This document shows, one piece after another, positions 20,501 to 27,774 of a stretch of DNA of 64,000 nucleotides (its first letter is position 1; each line of letters begins with the position of its first letter). The notes beneath the pieces were generated by a model. It was not told the DNA's origin and made no database searches. It saw only the letters and a list, made by a program, of their open reading frames with translations. This DNA is from Epithemia pelagica. Its lineage: Eukaryota > Protista > Bacillariophyta. The stretch lies in assembly GCA_946965045.2 (NCBI GenBank), contig OX337235.1:1798001-1862000 (forward strand), written 5' to 3'. Position numbers and translations under genes: made by a program.

Positions 20501-21731
20501 TCAATTTTCCCTCTCTCGGTGGTGGTGGAGGAGGTGGAGGTGTTGACACGGAGGGCGACGCCGATGCCTTGTTGTTGGACGGAGATTGAGTGTTTGCGAC
20601 CGAGCTTGTAGTATTATTATTATTGCTTTCGGAAAAGGAAGGCACAGAAGATCCTCCAGTTTTTGCTCCGGGTGTGGGAGGACGAACCCGAGCACTGCCC
20701 GTCGTACTTTGATTCTCTGTATCTTGAGCTGCTGATCCTTGCGGAGGAAGGGAGGGCGGTGGCGGTGGGAGAGAGGCTGTAGATGCGTTCCGAATAGGAC
20801 TGGTTGGTGGAGGCTCCCGAATGCTGTTGGCTGCATTCTTGCTATTTCGTCGTGGGCGATTCTTGTGTGTCGGAGACAGGGACTTGGATTTGGCGGCGGC
20901 GCCGCCGGCAGATCGTTGTGAGCTTCGACTCATCCCTTGTTGGGGTGTCCTTGGCGCCTGCACTTGGTACGGCGGTGGTACCATATTTTGCGGCATGAGC
21001 AAGCTTTGCTGGTGCTGGTACAATTGCTGCTGCAACTGATGTAGCTGTGGAGCCGGATGGCCCTGCGGCTGTTGTCGAACCAAATGGGAGGCTGGCATGT
21101 AGCTACCAGAAACTGCAGATGGGTCAAGAGAATGCCTCCGAGGATTACTACTATTTCCATAGGGACTTGCCGCCCCCTGATGCTGAGGAAAGTTTGTTTG
21201 CTTATCAAAGATTTTGAGTGCCGAAGGAGAAGGCGGTCCACGCTGAGGATGACGATGGTGGTTGTTGGTCGACGATCGACTTCCAGGATTCGCCACGGAC
21301 GATGCATCCACGGACACGGCATCATTCGCTCCTTGTCTTCGTTGTTCAATGACTGCTGCCATGGCATTGAGACCATCGCGATCGGTCAAACTGGAAACGC
21401 GAGAGGTGTCCGTTCCATTCCCCCCATCATCGTCGGCTCCGTCTCGACCCGTGGTGACGGTTTCGTGATCATCTCGTGCGGCCGCCGAGTTGAAGGCCAC
21501 GGACAAGACAGGTGGCGTAGTAGTAGGAGCTGCTGCTGCTGCTGCATTGCCCTTGGCTCCCTTTTTTCCTTGATTGCCATTCCCGCGACGACCCAAGAGC
21601 GGTACCACGAGACGACGTCCACTACCGCCACCCGAAGAGGCACTGCTTTTCGCTTTGTTCAAGAGTGAAAAGCCTCGTTTTGGTTTCGTCTCAGTGGCCG
21701 CCGCGCGAGATTGGGGCTCCGCAGATGACAT
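11532..21731 (-). CDS. Giant intronless low-complexity protein, 3399 aa, with a C-terminal coiled coil
   Basis: 10.2 kb uninterrupted ORF from an ATG; S/P/E/D-rich; heptad-like segment KARDLRRQLDHALQTSVAIRGTQERLTAEISTFKNRLQHQRR near the C-terminus. Confidence 0.88.
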   Translation of the reverse strand: MSSAEPQSRAAATETKPKRGFSLLNKAKSSASSGGGSGRRLVVPLLGRRGNGNQGKKGAKGNAAAAAAPTTTPPVLSVAFNSAAARDDHETVTTGRDGADDDGGNGTDTSRVSSLTDRDGLNAMAAVIEQRRQGANDAVSVDASSVANPGSRSSTNNHHRHPQRGPPSPSALKIFDKQTNFPQHQGAASPYGNSSNPRRHSLDPSAVSGSYMPASHLVRQQPQGHPAPQLHQLQQQLYQHQQSLLMPQNMVPPPYQVQAPRTPQQGMSRSSQRSAGGAAAKSKSLSPTHKNRPRRNSKNAANSIREPPPTSPIRNASTASLPPPPPSLPPQGSAAQDTENQSTTGSARVRPPTPGAKTGGSSVPSFSESNNNNTTSSVANTQSPSNNKASASPSVSTPPPPPPPPREGKLTDKTSTVVNSSGKKKGSKKIPFDKVKAALSRVAPSRQGFEPDATVIRGPQQRSMNEPPEQAPQSQQNTPRHANTGREPSAFPFALEILPDPTQEQAPGSDEASSAQDENQSVKKAMLDPSVGSASTASKASAMEQKLTEKVPHVERIISESPSTESTSSRRSVANRPSTPRSQSPKPGEDGRQDPQKDNTMDGPPPSPPASPGRALKRSDPPSSPLHVPRSSIDAPEEIPSPAHHQAPAPPPGGEAGDIPKQTPEDDLQNVLKQGKSMDEALRQTSRAMAPSVPAVKSLDADNFPDNFTFELRHKPGARTVGQDEISLGDAGDGDEKQNDKEKGGTGEPVKSFTDIVGNITRQIQAQLDKVADLDIAEYLSPNNSPKKEADTRKEPWDADANDHDEEGIRHDDGEMSSAATESDDSPMVNEVESLGSFNPRNLRATNGQQTTSRSRSRSRSRRHQELVAAGDGSMRDRILRHTASSKAKTKAPVKSSPLKKSEKKSGSSPSKSSNDNNLTNDPADSLNVDGQRVSKLPPSSPSRLIRVGKKAQEKRRKTLPPRTSETNIRAAVSKKASAMAKKHAKTKEISHEEAKVIAREALMAATKQEKVSLPEEISLSQHEIVSDLDQSVRHFPLNTVDAEGSEAVSALEVPSLQAISFESENPSINIGDRYAPLNGTPNAELRPDLIEEKEPNKPADRYETWKDQEPESRGNTDDSSKAVGDSDAATKDVHEERILADDITEWTTSDPEVGVEGIEMVFKERPKSVDWDIKSKKSKTEESLGQPPKAAAFCGTGALLHALAISDEPTQTQTNKSLPVASSVTQPTDQKALITKTHTIDDGHKLQEEASKPVQGTLDHPVADDRYQSQVPARAHSGTTPTKATSRSVKNLTQPEMKGQDTSTGEEGLVSPSLSVLSPSSRKDSVTPMKTQAVALNENDSFGEPIIGSQEFEVDSATMKGMKSSGSKPSRDHGASPKKMHEKLRLTVIRSLDPSVGSGSEREEINEPKEVIELTSFDGQDSRSGFDEAERYLGNVQTSSQWTDIKSGELASPVDKYAGLLHQDPSGRNPYEEIDECNYGHDEENFEKNDNSRIHGEKDGTLSPKAHSNLGKPNLSKLVVSKDSSDGGNSTIPGSGKEGASQVKVLTEHGEATLLLTPSSKADLKARAGNTNANNEVNLCEGEEHELIDLTAIGSFEDLGIVDEAVWLFDVSPRNSVDQDLWQPKSNDLDSVMDLAVARLTQNNERYHEEDQGEDVLQKASTTVKDVLAYASKLVRSESSDSGMSPLLPSLQAARQQMTTSDTQQYEKSALEARYSAPNTSAAPVVVVVQGQDVGPVDSTVVGVVKPNEESNTPNETMKMQLSTPGASSPLPVASARGLAEQRQSPSGLDGFKLPQNKSSANFDPRGQGDHEPFKLPPRKPSPMSTLERGVSENRGKVAQDVDAARLTPRISTADHTATSDLRANQTIETLPLSSRKSISKSLPDTGIRFDTDSSTFSPRTSVSGDHPKGAKQTSPLSRPVGTTERSLDEGDSETKSADSEESKEAVAAGTHDGGAESSANNVLKERTKRENNQSAPFPEKPTPRASRSHPWNKPPRIKPSPEYLHHTVYFHRDMTMDQDFPLLQKKLLSGLGPNASMGEDPVECAMHQQSDGNSSTITGSSTKDSSNIEEDENLIPSTRPSAYVSPVSQVESNVKFEERSPSASVDLDLRPSSSNNKHETAIPDAPGSTRSNDSESKDESPQKTDATGEGTNAPQDEHNSTFHSKTDFSDDKRLSDDNDEALSGFSSPRESINLLPKSTRNQLHEGANSIDASPKREDSVEVDSVLGLVPKSSAKMMLETVHSLQYTDQDIHPKKLEILPNQELRFHDNSENQPPHPGVTATEKEKIFRSTNPDMDQAAPQVPAISQLHVGSLHEPTSETDTREQEEVRAQLTSKSVSKKDLLDIFFEGAEALVCGRGATSSQLMSPRIPMPVTKHHLLPKDLEVSQFSKQPLSMLTDAASQNSNENEEHNEQSIVSKDVLDCVCEEAEKTVCGEEPNVSSRKTEALDIAPKDQKDAIEVFGEVVESHVCPLDNVKSPHRPYGLERAPISNVIADGQVITSPVSFHNTPRKHTELSSDDDERQRVRSLSLLDTKESISGASFKGVKHNSTDKQTNESKARTDRQNRTEALESKGCVTNENICSQSPNSDTMQDRSGNVTQGKDMGGQNQEVDATSVQQDRGNSILVKYAPLKKACSKSTAPTTSDDFSTSSNGVSGLHKSKTTIDDTKTRGEATNYEKPDEVLSQTDRNVQDILNHPAFTAALQRYLSNGEPSRMDHIRSLASTIETNRRRGDPPTGQELLQGTGKREDPPSHGEASLVGDKNAEDLLRQTRSVASLLSHEMNDSEAVKFAVKEALSESSDDDDVEEMLVELISGSLKRSSAVDAASQQSDEHGEDQRDAYPSNGEDDVNQSSWIEETDEGVEVRVEHAEDEDPNVKTNGRQGDVNSMLASDDSIDGTPKKQDSSDTKNEISLPLQTGQSSVMEVIEDSIEQICFRTSPRQHRPSTEHHARTSPDEPLKQSETGFPRKELLNEQATEGDETLDARASEVGSPRSNADIDHGDLHTAATRPFRNKSSFGDGSGSLVISDYDSGAGVDPNLGQLMNLSSSQHSTARTAVYDDDSAALLLALTRSEGTESHAGADPISQDPANSYSKVEQLRMMHDSRDSLKSALHSPSSVSSVEPITGSSMENQDRINTFERSPKIESVMERIRQRRENRQDVRNDPSSSSQGKNDAGPVDADALFSRYNNIVKGMVLSDSTRLERAQEQKAVESNGYQPVISSAALLDDEISSRSSKPQLPQRSNSIRKSRENATAPGLKNSGSHGSSSEKSTPSEKARDLRRQLDHALQTSVAIRGTQERLTAEISTFKNRLQHQRRAVRSEVAAIAAGIVPGSTRSSGNRLLSPIASSSETDTDYNAGGETSGSETDEDDVRLRQLDSIIHGLRDAQRRQTDDDRI

Positions 21732-22452
21732 GGTGGTGATGAACTATGAGGAACAATTGAGTTGCAAAGCTTCCCGTGTCCTTGACAACGGTGCTTGCCC
21801 TGACGACTCTCTCTATTGTCTTGTTGTTGTTGATGCTGGATAGAACTTGCGCACTTTATCCTAATCTAATGGAAGGGATGTTCCGATAGATTTTCAAAAT
21901 TGGGATCAGAAGTGAGCAAATGGAGGAGTCAATGCTGTGCAAGGAAGGTCCAAAGATTTTTTACTCCGTCTCATGGAAGAAAAATGAAGGCCTTTGGCGA
22001 GCGATCTGAGTTTGTGGGGAGGGAAGGAACGTCTGGCGCGCGCTCTTTTTGCAGTCCTTCCGTATTTCCGAGAGGTCTTGCCAGTGTCAATACTAAATCT
22101 CAAGGCAATACTAAATACTTTTATGGTATCCTAAATGTTCGCCATCCTGTCCAGGTACATCCGACATCCGACTGGCGATTGTCCTAAATATTCCTTCTCA
22201 TTCTCGTGTACTCCTACGCATGATAAAAGCGCGCGCCCATCGAATATCAGCGTTGAACGTCTCTATGATACCGCTCTGTCATGCACGCGCGGTCCAAATG
22301 GAGGGAAACACTCGTCTCCTCACATTTTAACGGGGGGAGGCACATCTGAACCTCTGTTCCAAAAGTTCGCTGGGACGCTCCTGTTTTTATCCTGAGACAC
22401 CAACACTACGATACGAAAGGACCTACATTCGGTCATCATCATCATTATTATC

Positions 22453-24096
22453 ATGGGAAAGAACGATACGAGTTTTGCATGGCGCAACATGCAAAGCCGC
22501 CGGTTGTCCTCTCTGTTGCGGCAATGGGCACTATTGGGAGTGGGTCTCATTGTGGGAATGGCACTCAACCAAGTGTATTACTATAGCAGCAGCAATTCCC
22601 ACATGTCTCACACGGAACAGGCCTTGTTGTCGTCACGTTCCTATTTCTCCACCAAGTTTCAGTATCCCACAACAACCGAGCCACTCGATCCAGCCATTCT
22701 CGAAACTGCCAAAGAGGTACTGCGGACGTACGACCACATGGACGACATAAAAGGTAGTCCCAGAACAGCTAGGGAACAACGAGATCCTCGCCTTCATTCG
22801 GGAAGACTGGATTTGATCCCTGACAGGGAGGAACGAGATGATTTTATTTCGATTCCTGAATTGAAAGAGTTGCATCACCCAGAAAAACAAGACAAAGCGC
22901 TTCGCCGTGAGCCTGTCGTGGATCGAAATGAGAATGGGGACAACAAGAAAGAAACCAACAACGATGCATTAGAGGTGGTCACTGAAAAAAGAACCTCAGA
23001 GAATCCAAGGAGCTCTGGGAAGAAAAAGAAGCATTTCTCGGAACGCAAGAGTCCTCGGCACTCGCACAAGAATGACGATTCAAAGGAAGAGGCTGTCGCT
23101 CAACCATTCAAGAACCAGGATGAGACTGTGTCGGCAGCGGACTACTACTTGGAGGGCAATAAGATTGTCGGAGATGTCAGTGGTTTGTTGGATTTTGGCA
23201 TTTTGGGATTTTCCAAAACTGCCACCACCTACCTCAAGGATTGGTTCAAGCAACAGAGATCTCACATATCAATTTCCTCCGAAGAAGTATGTTACTTGAA
23301 CAAGAAGGAAGGTTCCAAATTGGTTCATCATTTGGTGGACGATTTGGACGAAACCAAGATGCGTGGCTTCAAATGTCCCAGTCATTTTACTCGCCCTTCG
23401 TTGGAATGGTATCGTCGCTACTTTCCTCGTACCAAACTCATTGTGGGGCTGCGACATCCCATTTCGTGGTTTGAATCCTTTTATAATTTCCGCATTCGTC
23501 ACCCCAAATATCCACACAACGCCACCATCCAATTGCCTCCACCGGATGAACTGATTGGCCGGTGTCGATTGGAAAGCCAAGGACTTTGTACCTACAATGC
23601 CGAGTTCCATCGCCAATTGGCCCGCATGGGCAAAACTCCCTTGAATTCCACCGAACGAAGTATGCTTCATTTGGACCGCAGCGATATCCTGGGCTTGGGA
23701 TCTGCTCGCGTGGACAATCCAGTCTTTCTCTACGAAATCACACAAATTCGACAAAACCCAGCCCAGTTTGCGGCAGACATGGCCGCCTTTTTGGGCATGA
23801 ACGAACCTCTCAAGCCTTTTGTGGAAAAGAAACAGTCTGCACGGGCCCTCAAGGCACAGACAGCCAAGAAAAAGGCGATTCAGATTTGCGAACCCAAGTA
23901 CGACAAGATCCGACAGGAGCTCATGAAGACGGCTTGGGAAGCATCGGACTGGATCCTCGACTACTACATGCAACATGTCACTATTACCACCTCGCCTACG
24001 TCCTCCTTTGTCGAGGCTATACAACGCTGGAAGAAAGACCCCTGCGAAGCCAAAAAAACAATGGCAACAACCAAAACAACATCCGAAACAGCGTAG
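22453..24096 (+). CDS. Type II membrane sulfotransferase-like (P-loop) protein
   Basis: N-terminal TM anchor; 5'-PSB-like motif DFGILGFSKTATT; 3'-PB-like motif KLIVGLRHPISWFESFYNFR. Confidence 0.75.
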   Translation: MGKNDTSFAWRNMQSRRLSSLLRQWALLGVGLIVGMALNQVYYYSSSNSHMSHTEQALLSSRSYFSTKFQYPTTTEPLDPAILETAKEVLRTYDHMDDIKGSPRTAREQRDPRLHSGRLDLIPDREERDDFISIPELKELHHPEKQDKALRREPVVDRNENGDNKKETNNDALEVVTEKRTSENPRSSGKKKKHFSERKSPRHSHKNDDSKEEAVAQPFKNQDETVSAADYYLEGNKIVGDVSGLLDFGILGFSKTATTYLKDWFKQQRSHISISSEEVCYLNKKEGSKLVHHLVDDLDETKMRGFKCPSHFTRPSLEWYRRYFPRTKLIVGLRHPISWFESFYNFRIRHPKYPHNATIQLPPPDELIGRCRLESQGLCTYNAEFHRQLARMGKTPLNSTERSMLHLDRSDILGLGSARVDNPVFLYEITQIRQNPAQFAADMAAFLGMNEPLKPFVEKKQSARALKAQTAKKKAIQICEPKYDKIRQELMKTAWEASDWILDYYMQHVTITTSPTSSFVEAIQRWKKDPCEAKKTMATTKTTSETA

Positions 24097-24295
24097 TCAA
24101 CTATACGAGTATGTTGGAGATGACATGAGAATCAGTCATAGGCATCTTGCCTGATAAGAATCATCGTTTGGAATGCGCAATTCCTTGTTATTTATACGGA
24201 CTAAGATTAAGATACACCATGTTCCTTCCTGTATCCAAACCTTTTTATTACTGTGCCTTCTGTTGTTGTCTCGAGCCATTCTCATGTGCGGCGGT

Positions 24296-25135
24296 TCACA
24301 CCACGGATTCGGAAATCGCTTTTTGTTGCTGCTTGTGTTGTTGATTCATGACCGTGACGGCATCCACGACACTTTTCATGGCGAAGGGTTCTTGAATGGC
24401 CAGTTCCGACAAGACTTTGCGATTCAATTTCAATCCAACATGACCCATGATGCTAATAAATTTGGAATACCGCCAGGAATATTGCCGGACGGCGGCCCCG
24501 ATCCGTAAAATCCACAACCGACGCCAATTCCGTTTCTTCAACTTGCGACTCCTGTAGGCATGTTGCCAACTTCGATGCAAGGTTCGAATGGCCAAAGAAA
24601 AACAATTCTTGTTGCGACCACGAAAACCCTTGGTTTGTCGGAGTACATTTCTGTGCTACGTAATTGTAAAATAATAACATTCGAAACCACGAAGAGGAAA
24701 AGAGTGATCAGAGACTACAGAGCACGACAATCTATTTTCACCGCCACCACGCCCCCAGTCAAAACACTTTTTTGGTGGTGCTTTCATGAGATTCCGTCCA
24801 CCTACCTTTTTACTGGCAAACGATCGAACCAATTGTTGGTGTTGAAGTGAAACGTGTGGGCTCAGACTGTTTCGGCTACTGTAGGGGACCATGGTGGACC
24901 ACCAACATGACGAGCGTTTTTGGTCAAGAAGCGATTGACATGGAGCCGTTCGAACACTCATCCACTGGCTCGTAGTACCAATGGCTCGTGAAGTTGCCAC
25001 AGGGGATCGGGTGGTTGTGGCCTGCACGGAATTCCATCCATTGGCAACCGACGTACCACCAGGAATGCGTCGCAACAATCCAGGTCCTTGCTGTCGGACA
25101 ACAACTGCGCTTGGTCTCCACGCCAGTAGCGACAT
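24296..25135 (-). CDS. MRPL20: Ribosomal protein bL20, probably mitochondrial; exons 25135-24806 and 24655-24296
   Basis: Spliced product reads ...FASKK|HRNVLRQTKGFRGRNKNCFSLAIR...RKLKKRNWRRLWILRI...LNRKVLSELAIQEP. GT-AG intron of 150 nt; 690 nt in frame; long R/S-rich presequence. Confidence 0.9.
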
Positions 25136-25484
25136 TTCAAATCAAACCTTCTTCTCCGGGTCCCGTCGAGTTTTCGATGCAACCAGTGGATTGTGGTGAG
25201 TCTCGGCCGGACACTTGCAAGCCATCCAACGTTCCAACCAGCGCAGTCGATCCACTCCAGGTTGTATCGTTAGTGTGGATCACGTCGACACGCCAAGGAA
25301 ACAACACCAAAGAGACCACAAAGACAGAAATCAGAAATCGTCCTTGCTGCTTCCCAACTCCCAACTCCCAACCGAACAAACGACGAAGAAAAAATCTTGG
25401 GTGTCGGGTGTCGGATGGACAAAAGATACCAATGTCTGTCCGTCCCCAGCGCATCTACGGATGCACGTTTGAGACTTTGCGATC

Positions 25485-25610
25485 TTGTAGTCGCGCAGGA
25501 GAAGGAGGGACAGACGAACAACAACACATGAAAATACAACCACAACACCGATTGAACGGTCACAATTGTTTCTCCAGCCGACTGTCGAGTCCGTAGCGTG
25601 AAATAGAACC
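25485..25610 (+). repeat. Split direct repeat A1 (126 bp)
   Basis: Identical to 31061-31186 (ttgtagtcgc...aaatagaacc). Confidence 0.95.
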
Positions 25611-25617
25611 ACCAACC

Positions 25618-27690
25618 ATGGCACATCCGGCACCTCCGCCGCCGGTGGCCATAGCTCCCTACCCTAAATGCTATCGAGACAAGTATGCAGCGATGGACGA
25701 CATCTTGGGCGGCGTGTACAGCGGCTATCTGCAACAGTACGCCGCTGAAAATGGATATGACAGTACTGAGTTGATGCAGAAGATCCAAACGACAACCACC
25801 GCTCTACCTCAAGTCTTCGCTGCCCTCGTCAAGCAATCTGGCGGCGCTTACGTGGTGACGGCCCTCCATCGACCGGCTATGTACGCCAGTGTGCCGGGTG
25901 ACCCACTCCACTGGGACGACCGAATGTTTGCCTTCACACAAGACATCGAGCCAGGTAATTACATCGACATGATTGAGTTCCCTGTGGACGGCATGGATGA
26001 AACCCAACCACAACAAACTCCCACCATGGCACAAGTCGATCTCTTATTGGCTGCCGACCACACCTTGGCCATCATACCAGTTCAAGCCGCCGGTGCTAAT
26101 GACACGGAATCGGTCACTGTCCGAAATTTGGTGCCCATTCCCCACCGATACGTACATTTAATCCTGACACAAGATCTCACGCCTCGACAGGCCTGGGATC
26201 AGATTGGAGGCGCCATTCGCAATGATGGTGCAGAGGTAGATTGCGATGTACTCCTTCAGTGGCTCCGGGTTTCGCTCACTCTGTCAGCAACCAACCACCC
26301 AGCCACCTATCTGGGCACAGCATCCACGGTGTTCCCTCCTTTGCGCGTGGATCGTGAACTCCAGCGACATCGCTGGCGTTTGCTCATCCACGATTTCCCC
26401 CATCTCAATCCGAGCCAACTTAGCCAGCAAGACCAGACGGTCCAACTGATCAATTCCCTTCGTGTTGACAGGGCCGCCGAACGGGCCGCAGATGCCGCCG
26501 CACGAGCAGCCGCTAGCGCACCAAAATTGCCGGCGGAGAAATTCCCGGAGACAACCCCAGTCTGGATGCGTTACTGTATGGTAGTGGGTGAAGAGGACCT
26601 ACCGGGGCTATATCATCGCTGGGCGAACGCGGCCAAGGCTGAGCGTCGCATTGCCTTTCAAGCTGTAATCGAAGAACGAGCACGGCAACCCGACGCGGCC
26701 ACCAACATACCACCCTTTGCCACGAAAGAACTTTATGAGCATGTGCTCATGGGGCGCCTAGCCCCGCGGCCCTACGAAGCTGAGGATCTTACGATCGGTA
26801 TTAGCCCCTTTACTTGTGGCTTCCAAAATGGAGAACGCGACCGTGACATCATCATCCGTACGCAAAACTTCGACCTGATGATGCAAGGGCACACTCAGCC
26901 CACCCTGGCTGAACAAGAAACGTTCCGCACAAAGGACGTGCCCATTCCACGGACGATCTACGAAGCAGGTCTACAGATCAAGGCAACTAGTGTGGTTTTA
27001 GATGTTGTCTTGGGCACGCATGCACCGCTGTGTGCGGCCCTACGGGAATTTTGCCTTTCTGCGTGGCCTCACATAGAGGCGCACCTCAATTTGTCCTTGG
27101 AAGACCACACGCCTATATTGCCACTGATTCTTCGTTGGGTGCAACTCGAGATGGCTGCCTACTTGCAGGATCTCAATCAAGGACGCCGGGCCTTGGTGCC
27201 AGCCTTTGGAGAACTAGAACGCATCATCACCCGTCGTGCACACCACCAATTTGCGCCAATGCCAACCCGCTACATGGTTGCCGCACCAGCCCCCGCCGCA
27301 CCAGCAGCAACAGGCACTACTCCCGCCGCCAACACCGCAACAGGACGATCCGCCAACAGTGGAAACCGCGATCCGGGTGACCGTGTCGAGAATCCCAGTC
27401 CTGTACCCGCGTTGCAGACGGCCTTCAACAATGCCGGGATTCGCATCGCCCAACTACGTGAGCACGCACCAACAACGCTGGATACAACAACAAATACCAA
27501 TGTTCCTATTTGTCTTAGTTACCACCTACGGGGCTCGTGCTACTCAAACTGTCAACGAGCCGTCACCCATCGTGCTCTTACGGCCGGCGAGCGACGCCGC
27601 ATGATGACGTTTGCCAGTCAGCACCTGCCTGCCGGAGAAGCAGGTACCCCAGCGCCGGCCCAGGGCAATGCACCTGCCCCTTCACCCTGA
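25618..27690 (+). CDS. Ngaro ORF1 (gag-like), 690 aa, with a C-terminal CCCH zinc finger
   Basis: Starts 7 nt after A1; contains CLSYHLRGSCYSNCQRAVTH. Confidence 0.85.
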   Translation: MAHPAPPPPVAIAPYPKCYRDKYAAMDDILGGVYSGYLQQYAAENGYDSTELMQKIQTTTTALPQVFAALVKQSGGAYVVTALHRPAMYASVPGDPLHWDDRMFAFTQDIEPGNYIDMIEFPVDGMDETQPQQTPTMAQVDLLLAADHTLAIIPVQAAGANDTESVTVRNLVPIPHRYVHLILTQDLTPRQAWDQIGGAIRNDGAEVDCDVLLQWLRVSLTLSATNHPATYLGTASTVFPPLRVDRELQRHRWRLLIHDFPHLNPSQLSQQDQTVQLINSLRVDRAAERAADAAARAAASAPKLPAEKFPETTPVWMRYCMVVGEEDLPGLYHRWANAAKAERRIAFQAVIEERARQPDAATNIPPFATKELYEHVLMGRLAPRPYEAEDLTIGISPFTCGFQNGERDRDIIIRTQNFDLMMQGHTQPTLAEQETFRTKDVPIPRTIYEAGLQIKATSVVLDVVLGTHAPLCAALREFCLSAWPHIEAHLNLSLEDHTPILPLILRWVQLEMAAYLQDLNQGRRALVPAFGELERIITRRAHHQFAPMPTRYMVAAPAPAAPAATGTTPAANTATGRSANSGNRDPGDRVENPSPVPALQTAFNNAGIRIAQLREHAPTTLDTTTNTNVPICLSYHLRGSCYSNCQRAVTHRALTAGERRRMMTFASQHLPAGEAGTPAPAQGNAPAPSP

Positions 27691-27774
27691 CTGGTAGGCC
27701 CGGGTCCAACACCCTGCAGGCCACCTACCAACGAACCCAACAACACGACCCTTCACCGTGACCCCTATCAAGAG

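Noticed and set aside
12151-21843. Dozens of short ORFs opposite or inside the 3399-aa gene
   Set aside because: Shadow frames with no independent motifs.
22035-22237. 10-bp inverted GGCGCGCGCT pair in the divergent intergenic region
   Set aside because: Low-complexity CG run, no TSD, and too short to exceed chance.
24582-24590. GGTTCGAA T-loop-like motif (similar motifs at 34261 and 53034)
   Set aside because: All lie inside protein-coding exons and no cloverleaf can be built; no tRNA, rRNA or snRNA gene was recognised in the window.
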